Shown here: piece by piece, positions 41,063 to 51,268 of the stretch
How the letters are laid out: each line of letters opens with the position of its first letter
How positions within the stretch are numbered: the stretch's first letter is position 1
Assembly: GCA_944389095.1 (NCBI GenBank)
Contig: CALXLC010000010.1
Coordinates: 22,154-86,153, forward strand
DNA length: 64,000 bases
From: an uncultured Alphaproteobacteria bacterium
GTDB taxonomy: Bacteria > Pseudomonadota > Alphaproteobacteria > RF32 > CAG-239
Direction of reading: 5' to 3'
The notes under the pieces: model-generated
Told to the model about the DNA's origin: nothing
Seen by the model: the letters and a program-made list of their open reading frames with translations, nothing else
The model's database searches: none
Made by a program: the position numbers and the translations under genes

Positions 41063-42340
41063 CTAAGCTTCGTATTTTTTGAAAATAAGCGACGAGTTGG
41101 TTCCGCCAAAACCGAAAGAGTTGCTCATTGCAGCTTTAATTTCACGTTTTTTGGCTTTTAACGGCACCAAATCAAAATCAGTCAACTCATCTGCCGGATC
41201 ATCCAAATTCAGAGTCGGCGGACAAATCTGATCCTGCAGCGCCATAATCGTATAAACGGCTTCAACTGCACCTGCCGCACCCAGCAAATGCCCGACAGCC
41301 GATTTGGTGGAAGACATTGAAACATGCTTAACGCCTTCGTCGCCGAACAACCGTTTAACGGCCAGCGCCTCGCCGACATCGCCGGCCGGCGTAGACGTAC
41401 CGTGAGCATTTATGTAACCGATATCTTCAAGCTTAACGCCATGCTCGGCCGCATGATCGACGGCCATTTTCATTGCGCGGTAAGCACCGTCCCCTGAAGG
41501 TGCCGTAATATGATAAGCGTCACCGCTCATGCCATAACCGACGATTTCGGCATAAATCTTGGCACCGCGCGCTTTGGCATGCTCAAGTTCTTCCAAAACC
41601 AGAGCTCCCGAACCTTCGCCCATAACAAAACCGCTGCGGTTTTTGTCCCACGGCCGGGAAGCCTTTTCCGGCGCATCATTAAAATCGGAGGTAATGGCCT
41701 TCATTCTCGCAAAACCGGACAATCCCAAAACATTCACTGCCGATTCGGCACCGCCGGCCACCATCATATCGGCATCGCCGCGGGCAATCATGGCCGCCGC
41801 ATCGCCGATGGCGTGCGTTCCGGTAGAGCATGCCGTCACACAGGAATGATTCGGCCCTTTTAAACCGTATTTAATAGACAGGTTTCCGGAAATCAAATTA
41901 ATCAAAACCGAGGGAATAAAAAACGGAGAAATCCGCTTCATGCCGTTTTCATTAAAAGAAACCGAGTTGTCGTAAATAACCTGCAAACCACCGATTCCTG
42001 AGCCCATCATCACACCGGTGCGGCATTTTTCTTCTTCGCTGGCCGTTTCGGGATTCCATCCGGCATCTTCCAGCGCATCGCCCCCGGCCGCCATACCGTA
42101 CAAAATAAACTTGTCATTTTTCTTCTGATCTTTGGGCGGCATCACCGTATCGGGATTAAAGTCATTTTCCCCTTCGCCCCATGGAACCTGCCCGGCAATG
42201 GACACCGGAATATCCTTGAGGTCGACGCCTTCAATTTTACGAATACCCGACTTTCCCGCCAGCAGGCTTTCCCAGTTATGCTTTACGCCGCGTCCCAGCG
42301 GAGAAACGATGCCAAGTCCCGTAACAACAACTCTTCTCAT
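41063..42340 (-). CDS. fabF: Beta-ketoacyl-ACP synthase II
   Basis: Active-site Cys in ...CSTGTHAIG..., His-His dyad, C-terminal GFGGTNSSLIFKKY. Confidence 0.92.
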   Translation of the reverse strand: MRRVVVTGLGIVSPLGRGVKHNWESLLAGKSGIRKIEGVDLKDIPVSIAGQVPWGEGENDFNPDTVMPPKDQKKNDKFILYGMAAGGDALEDAGWNPETASEEEKCRTGVMMGSGIGGLQVIYDNSVSFNENGMKRISPFFIPSVLINLISGNLSIKYGLKGPNHSCVTACSTGTHAIGDAAAMIARGDADMMVAGGAESAVNVLGLSGFARMKAITSDFNDAPEKASRPWDKNRSGFVMGEGSGALVLEELEHAKARGAKIYAEIVGYGMSGDAYHITAPSGDGAYRAMKMAVDHAAEHGVKLEDIGYINAHGTSTPAGDVGEALAVKRLFGDEGVKHVSMSSTKSAVGHLLGAAGAVEAVYTIMALQDQICPPTLNLDDPADELTDFDLVPLKAKKREIKAAMSNSFGFGGTNSSLIFKKYEA

Positions 42341-42435
42341 AAAAAGGTCCTCATAAAATTAAACATCTTTTACCTTATATACAACGAAACTCGCTTAGTC
42401 AAGCGAGTTTCATAACATTCCCAAAGCCAAAAGAC

Positions 42436-42669
42436 TTAAGCGTTTTTGGACAGATAATCGATAGCATCTTTAACAGTGAGAATCTTTTCAGCGGCTTCAT
42501 CCGGAATTTCACAACCGAATTCTTCTTCAAAAGCCATAACCAGTTCTACTGTATCCAAGCTGTCAGCGCCCAAATCGTCAATGAAACTGGCGTTTTCGGT
42601 AACTTTGGATTCTTCAACGCCAAGGTGTTCGGCAACGATTTTCTTGACGCGGTTAGCTACATCAGTCAT
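42436..42669 (-). CDS. acpP: Acyl carrier protein
   Basis: 78 aa, [20 protein letters not shown]; ATG at 42669. Confidence 0.9.
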   Translation of the reverse strand: MTDVANRVKKIVAEHLGVEESKVTENASFIDDLGADSLDTVELVMAFEEEFGCEIPDEAAEKILTVKDAIDYLSKNA

Positions 42670-42854
42670 ATGATTAACCTCAAAAAAGTTATAACAAATT
42701 AATCGGACCGTCTCAGCCCGTGATTGATTTGTTAGCACATGTTTATACGTTTTGACAAGCATTATTTTCAAAAAACGCACAAAGAGCAAAAATAATCCTT
42801 GCTAAAATCGGCTTAAATCTTATACTTTTCGCATAACTGACAGGTGGATAAAAT

Positions 42855-43775
42855 ATGACTGATATAATCAAAGTTGACCGGCTTTGCAAAAAATTTCGGC
42901 TCAAAAAAAACGCGGCGGGACTAAAAGGGCTTTTTCACCCCGAGTACAAAACCGTAACGGCCGTTGACAGACTTTCTTTCAATATAAAAGAAGGTGAGCG
43001 CGTGGCTTTCATCGGCCCCAACGGCGCCGGCAAATCCACCACCATTAAAATGCTGTCGTCCATTCTGTATCCCACCTCCGGCACTGCCGAAGTCATGGGG
43101 CTGATTCCTTGGGAAAACCGCCGCCGGCTGGCATATCACATCGGCACTGTTTTCGGACAACGCTCCCAACTGTGGTATAATCTTCCGGTTCAGGACAGTT
43201 TCGGCCTCATCGGAAAAATTTACGGCCTTGACGACATGGAATTCAGACGCCGTCTGTCCAAACTTGTCCGGCTGTTTGAAATCCGCGACCTGCTCGGTCA
43301 CCCCACCCGCAGTCTGTCGCTCGGCCAGCGAATGCGCTGCGAAATTGTCGCCTCGCTGATTCACCGCCCGCAGATTCTCTTTCTGGACGAACCGACCATC
43401 GGCCTTGACGTTACGGCCAAAGAAATCATCCGCAACCTTGTCAAAAAGCAGGCACTGGAAGAAAACACCACTCTTTTGTTGACATCGCACGATACCGACG
43501 ACATGGAAAAAGTCTGCGACCGCGTCATCATCATCAACAAAGGTCGGCTGATTTTTGACGATTCCATTCACGCCTTAAAAGAGTCTTACCTCAATAAAAA
43601 ATACATTGAAGTCACCGACGATTCCGGCGCCAAAATCAAAACCGTGGTTGATACCAAAACGACCCCGGTCAAAAAAGCACTGGACGAACTTGTTCAAAAA
43701 TACCACATAACTGACATCACGGTAGAAAATCCGCCCATGGAAGAAATCATCAAGGAGATTTACCGTCGTGACTGA
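42855..43775 (+). CDS. ABC transporter ATP-binding protein
   Basis: GPNGAGKSTT Walker A, LSLGQRMR signature, LFLDEPT Walker B. Confidence 0.85.
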   Translation: MTDIIKVDRLCKKFRLKKNAAGLKGLFHPEYKTVTAVDRLSFNIKEGERVAFIGPNGAGKSTTIKMLSSILYPTSGTAEVMGLIPWENRRRLAYHIGTVFGQRSQLWYNLPVQDSFGLIGKIYGLDDMEFRRRLSKLVRLFEIRDLLGHPTRSLSLGQRMRCEIVASLIHRPQILFLDEPTIGLDVTAKEIIRNLVKKQALEENTTLLLTSHDTDDMEKVCDRVIIINKGRLIFDDSIHALKESYLNKKYIEVTDDSGAKIKTVVDTKTTPVKKALDELVQKYHITDITVENPPMEEIIKEIYRRD

Positions 43776-44556
43776 AACCCTTTTAAAATACGGCGCATTT
43801 TTTCGCGCGGCATTCAAGCAGGGCCTGCTCAACCGCGGCATGCTCTCAGGTCTGTTGTTTTTTCTGTTTATTCTGCTGTTTATATACAACCGCCTGTGGG
43901 AAGTTATCGGTATTCAGAACAACAATAGCAGCCTCAACACAATTTACATCTGGTATTTGCTGTTTGCGGAAATGATTATCCTCTCCCTGCCCAAACCGGA
44001 CCGGGTTTTGACGGATGACATCCGCTCAGGAACCATGGCTTACTATATCAATAAACCGGTGTCGTTTTTTTTGATGCGTTATGCCGAAGCGCTCGGTTCA
44101 ATGACAGTCTCTTTTTTGGTGATGGGAGGAGTCGGCAGCCTGATGACGCTGGCTCTGACCGGCGTTCCCCCTTTTGAATGGCGTTATTTTCCGCTGATTA
44201 TCATCATGTGCTGGCTTTCTTCCGCCATCAACGTTCTTTTTTACTGCGGTATCGGCCTCAGCGCCCTGTGGCTGGAAAGCACCCGCACCCTGGCCGTGGC
44301 CGTGGAACGTCTGGCATTTATTTTCGGCGGGGCGATTTTTCCGCTGAGTATTTACCCGGACTGGTTCGTGGACATCGCCCGCTGGACGCCTTTTTATTCC
44401 GTTTACTACCTGACCATCAAGCTGGTTTACGATTTTTCCTGGACCAACTTGTTTGAGGCGGCGGTTCTGAACAGCCTTTGGACCGTTCTTATCGTCGGCT
44501 TTGTCGGATTTGCCTACCACCACTTAAACAAAAAGGTCAATATCTATGGCGGATGA
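43768..44556 (+). CDS. ABC-2 family permease (1 of 2)
   Basis: Six predicted TM helices, translationally coupled to the ATPase gene. Confidence 0.6.
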   Translation: MTETLLKYGAFFRAAFKQGLLNRGMLSGLLFFLFILLFIYNRLWEVIGIQNNNSSLNTIYIWYLLFAEMIILSLPKPDRVLTDDIRSGTMAYYINKPVSFFLMRYAEALGSMTVSFLVMGGVGSLMTLALTGVPPFEWRYFPLIIIMCWLSSAINVLFYCGIGLSALWLESTRTLAVAVERLAFIFGGAIFPLSIYPDWFVDIARWTPFYSVYYLTIKLVYDFSWTNLFEAAVLNSLWTVLIVGFVGFAYHHLNKKVNIYGG

Positions 44557-45340
44557 TTTTATCAAAACCCTCAAATTGTTTTTCTACATCCAGAAAAGCC
44601 ATTTTAAAACCGCTTTTCTGAGCGTCGGCGATGCCTTGAGCAATGTTGTCATCATGCTGATAAACAATTTGTCGTTTATTTTCATGTGGTGGGTTATTTT
44701 TCACAACAAAGGCAGTATCAACGGTTGGGATTTCAGTGACATGCTGCTGCTCAATGCCGTTATGAACAACGCTTTTGCAATTTTCGCGCTTTTTGCCCGG
44801 GGGATTCAGGCTCTTCCCGAATACATCGACAACGGCAGTCTGGACAATTATCTGGTATCGCCGCAACGCCCTTTGTTTATGATAGCAACGTCGGAGTCGA
44901 CCTTCGCCAACTGGGGAGACTTGCTGACCGGACTTATTTGCTGGATACTCTCCGGCTATACGGATTTGCTGTCCTTTGCATTGATGTTATACGCCAGCCT
45001 GTGTGCCGCCGCTGTCTTAATATCCTACCGACTGATAGTCTCCACCCTGGCCTTCTTTGCCGGAGACACCCAAAAACTCGGCGACAACATTTTTATGGCA
45101 TTCATCACCTTTTCCAGCCAGCCGGCCTCTATTTTTACCGGATGGTACAAAGTAATGTTTCTGAGCATCATTCCTGCCGGTTTCATCTCTCTGATACCCG
45201 TTATGCTGATAAAAACAGCGGCTCTGCCCGTCTTTTTGTTCCTGAACGGCGCGGCCGTCCTCAGCATTGTCATCTCAACCGCATTTTTCCGCTTCGGACT
45301 GAAAAGATACGCATCCGGCAACCGCTTCGGCGTAAGATAA
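44546..45340 (+). CDS. ABC-2 family permease (2 of 2)
   Basis: Multi-TM, overlaps the preceding permease gene. Confidence 0.6.
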   Translation: MADDFIKTLKLFFYIQKSHFKTAFLSVGDALSNVVIMLINNLSFIFMWWVIFHNKGSINGWDFSDMLLLNAVMNNAFAIFALFARGIQALPEYIDNGSLDNYLVSPQRPLFMIATSESTFANWGDLLTGLICWILSGYTDLLSFALMLYASLCAAAVLISYRLIVSTLAFFAGDTQKLGDNIFMAFITFSSQPASIFTGWYKVMFLSIIPAGFISLIPVMLIKTAALPVFLFLNGAAVLSIVISTAFFRFGLKRYASGNRFGVR

Positions 45341-45419
45341 CCCTAAGAATGCTGTTGACAATTAGCTTTGATGTACTAGATTAAAAGTACATTAGATTTT
45401 TTGCAGGAAGGACAGGAAT

Positions 45420-45692
45420 ATGAAAAAATTTCTTTATATCGTTCTGGTAATTATCGTCTTGCTGATTATTGCCCGTTTGGTGAAAAACGAAGCGCCGACA
45501 GCCGAACCGGAAAGCGTGACCGTTGAAGAAACCGTCGTTACGCCGGACAGTGTCGAAAGCGAAATTGACGCCGTTGTTGCCGAACCGGAAAATGCCGACA
45601 TGCTGGGCGACGGAGAAGTGGTTGATGAAAACATTGAAGAAACCAACCCCGCCGAAACCGCTGACGAAGACGAAACCATTGTCAAAGAATAA
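45420..45692 (+). CDS. Small membrane-anchored highly acidic protein (90 aa)
   Basis: N-terminal TM then Glu/Asp/Val/Thr-rich tail; terminator downstream. Confidence 0.45.
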   Translation: MKKFLYIVLVIIVLLIIARLVKNEAPTAEPESVTVEETVVTPDSVESEIDAVVAEPENADMLGDGEVVDENIEETNPAETADEDETIVKE

Positions 45693-45710
45693 GGCTTAAA
45701 AAAAGTATCA

Positions 45711-45742
45711 AAAAAGGCTGTCGGAAGGCAGCCTTTTTTATT
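45711..45742 (+). terminator. Rho-independent terminator
   Basis: aaaaaggctgtcggaaggcagccttttttatt hairpin. Confidence 0.55.
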
Positions 45743-45826
45743 GCATTCCGCAAAAAAAATCTTATATATAGTCAAGGATTATATTAATAAGAAAAATCGA
45801 ATATAGAGTTATTTAAGGAGAGACAA

Positions 45827-46783
45827 ATGAAAGTAGGTATTATCGGCGCCGGATCCGTCGGCTCGGCCACCGCCTTTGCTTTAGTCATGCGCGGTATCGC
45901 CCGAAAAGTTGTTTTAATCGATTCTAACGAAAAACGCGCGCAGGCAGAGGCCATGGACATTGCGCATTCCTCTCCTTTTGCCGTTGCCAGCAAAATAAAA
46001 GCCGGAACCTATCAGGATCTGGCCGGAGCGGAAGTCGTCATTATCACGGCCGGCGCCAACCAGAAACCGGGAGAAACCAGAATTGATTTGCTGGGACGCA
46101 ATGTCAAAATCTTTGAAGATATTATTCCCAAAGTTGTGGAAGCCGCACCGAACACCATTTTGCTGATTACGGCCAACCCGGCGGACATCATGACCGAAGT
46201 GGCCCTTAAGCTTTCCGGTTTTCCCAAAGAAAGAGTTATCGGCAGCGGCACCGTGCTGGACACTTCCCGTTTCCGGACGCTGCTGGGATATTACCTCGGC
46301 GTTTCGCCCAAATCAATTCATGCCAACGTTCTGGGCGAACACGGCGACAGCGAGGTTCTAATCTGGTCCAACGGCGATGCCGGAACCGTCCAGATTGAAA
46401 AATTTGCGGAAATGATTGGCAAACCGTTCACGCCGGAAGTCAAAGCCCATATTGACGACTGCGTCCGCAACGCCGCTTATCAGATTATCGAAGGCAAAGG
46501 GGCTACTTTTTACGGTATTGCCGGAGCGCTCAGCCGGATTTGCCAGGCCATTTCCACCAATGAATACGCAATTTTGACGGTTTGCTCACATCATGACGAT
46601 GTTGAAGGGATCAAAGACGTCTGCCTGTCCCTGCCGACGGTTATCGGCAAACGGGGTATTCACAGCGTAATTTATCCCCGCTTTTCCGAAAGCGAAGCCC
46701 GCGACCTCAAATTCAGTGCCGAAAAAATCAAACAATATTCGGAAGAAGCCATGGCTCAGCTTTCATCGGATAAACAAAATTAA
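45827..46783 (+). CDS. ldh: L-lactate dehydrogenase
   Basis: GAGSVG NAD-binding loop, GEHGDS signature of L-LDH. Confidence 0.8.
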   Translation: MKVGIIGAGSVGSATAFALVMRGIARKVVLIDSNEKRAQAEAMDIAHSSPFAVASKIKAGTYQDLAGAEVVIITAGANQKPGETRIDLLGRNVKIFEDIIPKVVEAAPNTILLITANPADIMTEVALKLSGFPKERVIGSGTVLDTSRFRTLLGYYLGVSPKSIHANVLGEHGDSEVLIWSNGDAGTVQIEKFAEMIGKPFTPEVKAHIDDCVRNAAYQIIEGKGATFYGIAGALSRICQAISTNEYAILTVCSHHDDVEGIKDVCLSLPTVIGKRGIHSVIYPRFSESEARDLKFSAEKIKQYSEEAMAQLSSDKQN

Positions 46784-46799
46784 AAAAATCCGCAAACAA

Positions 46800-46836
46800 A
46801 AAAGGCTTCCGAAATTTCGGAAGCCTTTGTTCTTTT
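46800..46836. terminator. Bidirectional terminator between ldh and the convergent OMP gene
   Basis: aaaggcttccgaaatttcggaagccttt hairpin. Confidence 0.6.
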
Positions 46837-46846
46837 AAAGTATGAA

Positions 46847-47605
46847 TTAGAATTCAACTTTAGCTCTGAGACCGGTGGTGTAATCCTCATCAACATCACC
46901 GGAACCGGACAGATAATAATCACCGAACAGACCCAAAGCCAGATTGTCAACCGGATAATAGTCAACTTCGGCCTGAGCATACAGCGCATTGCTGTTCTTG
47001 CCATCGGTATTGAAGTCATAACGGAAACCGCCGTCAACAGCCCAGTTTCCGGCATATTTGTGAACACCGGCAAAAGCATACTGGTCAAACTCTCTGTCAG
47101 CAGCGTCAATCTGTCCTTCAAAACCATACATCATGTACGGAATCAGGCCTTCGCCCATATCATAACCCAGTTTGATGTCGGCATTGAGAGATTTCTGCCA
47201 TCTATCATGAGTATTTCTTTTACCAACAAAATCTTTCGGATTAAAGGTAGCATACGAACCTCTGATCTGAGCCAGCAAACCATCCTTGCTCATATTATAA
47301 GCAGCGCCGATTTCATAATTGAAGTTATGATCGTTGTTATACTTGCCTTCGCTGTCGAATTCGTTCTCAATAGAACCGAAAACGGCCAGATTGTCGGTCA
47401 CACCGTAAGTAATTTCTTCTTTGGCCGACCAAGCATCATCCTTATCTTTAGAATGATCATGCTCGGTACGGTTATAAGAAACCGTGGTATCCGAAGCAAA
47501 ATTACCCTGAGAAGGCAAATAAAACGGATTGGTTAAATCAGCGGCGGCTGCCGAACCGGCAAACATAACGGCTGCTGAAGCTAAGAGCATAGTTCTAAAT
47601 TTCAT
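46847..47605 (-). CDS. Outer-membrane beta-barrel protein (porin-like, 252 aa)
   Basis: Signal peptide (AGSAAAADL), beta-strand periodicity, C-terminal LRAKVEF. Confidence 0.7.
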   Translation of the reverse strand: MKFRTMLLASAAVMFAGSAAAADLTNPFYLPSQGNFASDTTVSYNRTEHDHSKDKDDAWSAKEEITYGVTDNLAVFGSIENEFDSEGKYNNDHNFNYEIGAAYNMSKDGLLAQIRGSYATFNPKDFVGKRNTHDRWQKSLNADIKLGYDMGEGLIPYMMYGFEGQIDAADREFDQYAFAGVHKYAGNWAVDGGFRYDFNTDGKNSNALYAQAEVDYYPVDNLALGLFGDYYLSGSGDVDEDYTTGLRAKVEF

Positions 47606-47808
47606 CAGGAGTCTCCTTTTTTGTTTAGTCTCTCTCGCGATTTAGCGGTCATCCGCAAAACCGCGATAAGCACATCATATTCGATAAAAGTTAATAAATC
47701 AATAAGTTAATTAGCATATTTGCAAATCTTTTGCTTTTCAGTTGTGACTTGCGCTTTAAATGTTTTGGCTTTATAGTGTGGCAAAATAATCATTCAGAGA
47801 AGATTTTC

Positions 47809-48852
47809 ATGGCTCAAATCATCACATTCGGCTGCCGCATTAATACCTATGAATCCGAAGTTTTAAAAGAAAAGCTGGCCGCCGTGGACAACCTTATCGT
47901 CATCAACACCTGCGCCGTCACCGGCGAGGCCGAACGCCAGTGCCGGCAAACCATCCGCAAACTCCGCAGAGAGAACCCCGCTGCCCGCATTGTCGTAACC
48001 GGCTGCGCGGCACAAATCGCGTCGCAAAAATTTGCTTCCATGCAAGAAGTTGATTTGGTCTTGGGCAACCGCGAAAAAAATGAAATCGAAAAATTTTTAC
48101 AAACACCGCTGACCGAAAAAACCATTGTCGGCGATATTTTCGACTATGATTCCTATGACCGCTACCTGATTACCGGATTCGAAGGACGCCATCGCGCTTT
48201 TGTACAAATTCAGCAGGGATGCGACCATCGCTGCACTTACTGCATTGTCCCTTTTGCCCGCGGTCATAACAGGTCCGTACCTGAAGAAGACATTATCCGC
48301 CAAATCAAAGAACTCTTGCATCGGGGATTCGCCGAAATCTGCCTGACCGGTGTTGACGCCTGTTCTTATCGTCCGTCATTCAGCCAGCTGGTCAAACATA
48401 TTCTGGAACAAATTCCGGAGCTGCCGTCCCTGCAATTCGGCTCTCTTGATCCGGCGGCAATTGATGAAGAATTTATCGCGTTGCTGGCCGGTCATCAAAA
48501 TATTCATCCGTATTTTCATTTTTCCGTGCAATCAGGGGATAACTTGGTATTAAAACGCATGAAACGCCGCCATACCCGCGAAACGGTCATCGCCCTTTGC
48601 GCAAAAATCCGCAATGTACGACCGGATGCCGTTTTCGGCGCCGATTTTATTTGCGGTTTTCCAACCGAAACGGAGGAGCAATTTCAAAACACCGTAAAAC
48701 TGGTCCGCGAAGCCGGCATCGGCAAACTCCATGTTTTTCCGTATTCCGAACGTCCCGGAACCCCGGCTGCGCTGATGCCGCAGGTACCGGTTGAAATCCG
48801 CCGGGAGCGCGCCCGCCTCTTGCGTCTTGAAGGAGAAAACATTAATGACTGA
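47809..48852 (+). CDS. mtaB: MiaB-like radical-SAM tRNA methylthiotransferase (short; MtaB-type)
   Basis: N-terminal MTTase Cys triad region, CDHRCTYC radical-SAM motif; no full TRAM domain. Confidence 0.7.
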   Translation: MAQIITFGCRINTYESEVLKEKLAAVDNLIVINTCAVTGEAERQCRQTIRKLRRENPAARIVVTGCAAQIASQKFASMQEVDLVLGNREKNEIEKFLQTPLTEKTIVGDIFDYDSYDRYLITGFEGRHRAFVQIQQGCDHRCTYCIVPFARGHNRSVPEEDIIRQIKELLHRGFAEICLTGVDACSYRPSFSQLVKHILEQIPELPSLQFGSLDPAAIDEEFIALLAGHQNIHPYFHFSVQSGDNLVLKRMKRRHTRETVIALCAKIRNVRPDAVFGADFICGFPTETEEQFQNTVKLVREAGIGKLHVFPYSERPGTPAALMPQVPVEIRRERARLLRLEGENIND

Positions 48853-49825
48853 CTGGCTCCAAAAACTCAAATCCGGATTACGCAAATCCTCTGCCGGTCT
48901 GAGTTCCGGCATTGACGGCATTTTCCGCAAACGAAAAATAGACAGGGAAACCCTTGATGAACTTGAAGAACTGCTGATTTGTTCCGACATCGGAACCAAA
49001 GCCTCTGCCCGAATTATCAAGAATTTTGCCGCAAAAAAAATGAACAAAGACGCCGGCGACAAAGAAATTAAAATCGCTCTGGCCGAAGAAATTTCAACGA
49101 TTCTCTCCCCTTGTGAAAAGGAATTCGACCTCCCCGCACGGCCGACGGTCATTTTAATGGTCGGAGTCAACGGCGCCGGCAAAACAACTACTATCGGCAA
49201 ACTTGCCGCCAAATTCAAACAAAACCACGGATTCGGACAAGAAACATCGCAGATTCCCGCCTCTGATTTAGTGCCGCAGATTCCCGTTAAAACCGTTTTT
49301 CCTCAAATATCTTTTATTGCCGGAGACACCTTCCGAGCCGCAGCCGTCGAACAACTCGACGAATGGGGCCGCAGAAACGATATCCGGGTCTATAAGGGCG
49401 CGCCGGGCTGCGACGCTGCCGGACTGTGTTTCGATGGCCTAAAAGAAGCCCTGAAGCTGGGCGATGACATTGTTTTTATTGACACGGCCGGCCGCCTGCA
49501 AAACAAAACCGGATTGATGGACGAGCTGAAAAAAGTAGTAAAGGTCATTCAAAAAGTTATTCCCGGCGCGCCGCACCACACACTGCTCTGTCTGGATGCC
49601 ACCACCGGACAAAACGCATTAAATCAGGTCAAAACATTTAAAGAAATGATTAACGTTGACGGCCTGATTATCAACAAACTGGACGGCACGGCCAAAGGCG
49701 GAATTCTCGTTGCCGTGGCAGAAGAGACCCCGACACCGGTTTATTTTATCGGCGTCGGCGAGAGAATTGACGACATAAACACTTTTAACGCCAAAGACTT
49801 TGCCGCCAACCTGCTTAATCTTTGA
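48845..49825 (+). CDS. ftsY: Signal recognition particle receptor FtsY
   Basis: NG domain with GVNGAGKTTT, DTAGR, TKLDG motifs; contains a ~22-aa insertion after the P-loop helix. Confidence 0.85.
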   Translation: MTDWLQKLKSGLRKSSAGLSSGIDGIFRKRKIDRETLDELEELLICSDIGTKASARIIKNFAAKKMNKDAGDKEIKIALAEEISTILSPCEKEFDLPARPTVILMVGVNGAGKTTTIGKLAAKFKQNHGFGQETSQIPASDLVPQIPVKTVFPQISFIAGDTFRAAAVEQLDEWGRRNDIRVYKGAPGCDAAGLCFDGLKEALKLGDDIVFIDTAGRLQNKTGLMDELKKVVKVIQKVIPGAPHHTLLCLDATTGQNALNQVKTFKEMINVDGLIINKLDGTAKGGILVAVAEETPTPVYFIGVGERIDDINTFNAKDFAANLLNL

Positions 49826-49846
49826 CGACCTTATCGGGAAAATGCC

Positions 49847-51268
49847 ATGGAAGACTTAATCGGCTTAATAAACACGCCTCAAACGCCCTCTCAAAATGAA
49901 CTGCCCGAATTTACGGTCAGCGAAATTTCTTTTGAAATTAAAAGATTCGTAGAAACAACCTTCAACAAAGTACGCGTTCGCGGTGAAATTTTCGGAGCAA
50001 AACGCGCCGATTCCGGTCACTGGTATTTATCTCTCAAAGATGAAAACGCCGTACTGTCCGCCGTCATCTGGAAAGGTGTCGCACTGCACCTTGCCGTCAA
50101 ACCGGAAGACGGACTTGAGGTCATTGCTACCGGAAAAATCACCACTTTTGCCGGCAAATCATCTTATCAGCTGGTTATCGAACAAATGGAAATCGCCGGG
50201 ACCGGCGCGTTGCTGAAGCTTCTGGAAGAACGCAAACAAAAATTTGCCGCCGAAGGCCTTTTTGATGCCGCTCACAAAAAACAACTGCCGTTTTTGCCGC
50301 AGACCATCGGCGTCGTTACCTCCGCCAGCGGTGCCGTCATCCGGGACATCATCCATCGGGTCCGCGACCGCTTTCCCTGCCATATTTTGCTTTGGCCGGC
50401 TCCGGTTCAGGGCGAAGGCGCTGCCGAAAAAATCGCGGCCGCCGTTGACGGCTTCAACCGGCTTGCCCCGGACGGATTTCCCCGCCGGCCGGATGTTTTG
50501 ATTGTTGCCCGCGGCGGCGGAAGCCTGGAAGATCTTTGGCCTTTTAATGAAGAATGTGTCATCCGCGCCGTTTATGCCTCAAAAATTCCTGTCATTTCGG
50601 CAGTCGGCCACGAAACAGACACCATGCTGATAGATTATGTTTCGGATAAACGGGCGCCGACGCCGACCGGCGCCGCGGAATTTGCCGTTCCGGTCAAAAC
50701 AGAACTCCAAATGACGGTCAACACGCTGTCAGCCCGCCTGCAAAACGGAATTCTCCGTTATTTTGAAGAAAAACAAAACCGCCTGGAGGGACTGTCCCGG
50801 GGAATTCCGAATTTGGAACAAATTCTGGCCGAAGCCTCCCAAAAATTCGACGACCGGATAGAACGGCTGAAAAATGCTTTTGCCAATCTGCTTTCCGGTA
50901 AAGCAAACCTTGTTGAGCGTGTTAATCTGCGCCCTTATTACATCAAAAACATTTTTGAAAAAAAGCAAGAAAATTTAAATAATTTAATGCTACGGTTACG
51001 CTCGGTATCGGTTGAATCCGTCTTGCAGAGAGGATTCGCCTGGGTTAGGAACGAACGAGGACAAACCGTCTACGACCTGAACCAGGCACAGACATCTTCC
51101 GAATTTGAAATTCGCTTTTGCGACGGCAGCCTTACCGCTGTCCCCGGACAAAGGATGAAGACAGCTCAAAAACCGCACAAAAAGACAACCTCTTTAACAG
51201 GAAAACAGAATGAAAAACAAACTGATTTATTTGATTTCTGCGCTGATACCTCTGCTGAGCGGGATTAA
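49847..51268 (+). CDS. xseA: Exodeoxyribonuclease VII large subunit
   Basis: N-terminal OB-fold (VRGEI...HWYLSLKD) and conserved catalytic core. Confidence 0.85.
   Translation: MEDLIGLINTPQTPSQNELPEFTVSEISFEIKRFVETTFNKVRVRGEIFGAKRADSGHWYLSLKDENAVLSAVIWKGVALHLAVKPEDGLEVIATGKITTFAGKSSYQLVIEQMEIAGTGALLKLLEERKQKFAAEGLFDAAHKKQLPFLPQTIGVVTSASGAVIRDIIHRVRDRFPCHILLWPAPVQGEGAAEKIAAAVDGFNRLAPDGFPRRPDVLIVARGGGSLEDLWPFNEECVIRAVYASKIPVISAVGHETDTMLIDYVSDKRAPTPTGAAEFAVPVKTELQMTVNTLSARLQNGILRYFEEKQNRLEGLSRGIPNLEQILAEASQKFDDRIERLKNAFANLLSGKANLVERVNLRPYYIKNIFEKKQENLNNLMLRLRSVSVESVLQRGFAWVRNERGQTVYDLNQAQTSSEFEIRFCDGSLTAVPGQRMKTAQKPHKKTTSLTGKQNEKQTDLFDFCADTSAERD

Noticed and set aside
41209-41863. Small ORFs overlapping fabF on both strands
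   Set aside because: Embedded in or antisense to the high-confidence fabF CDS.
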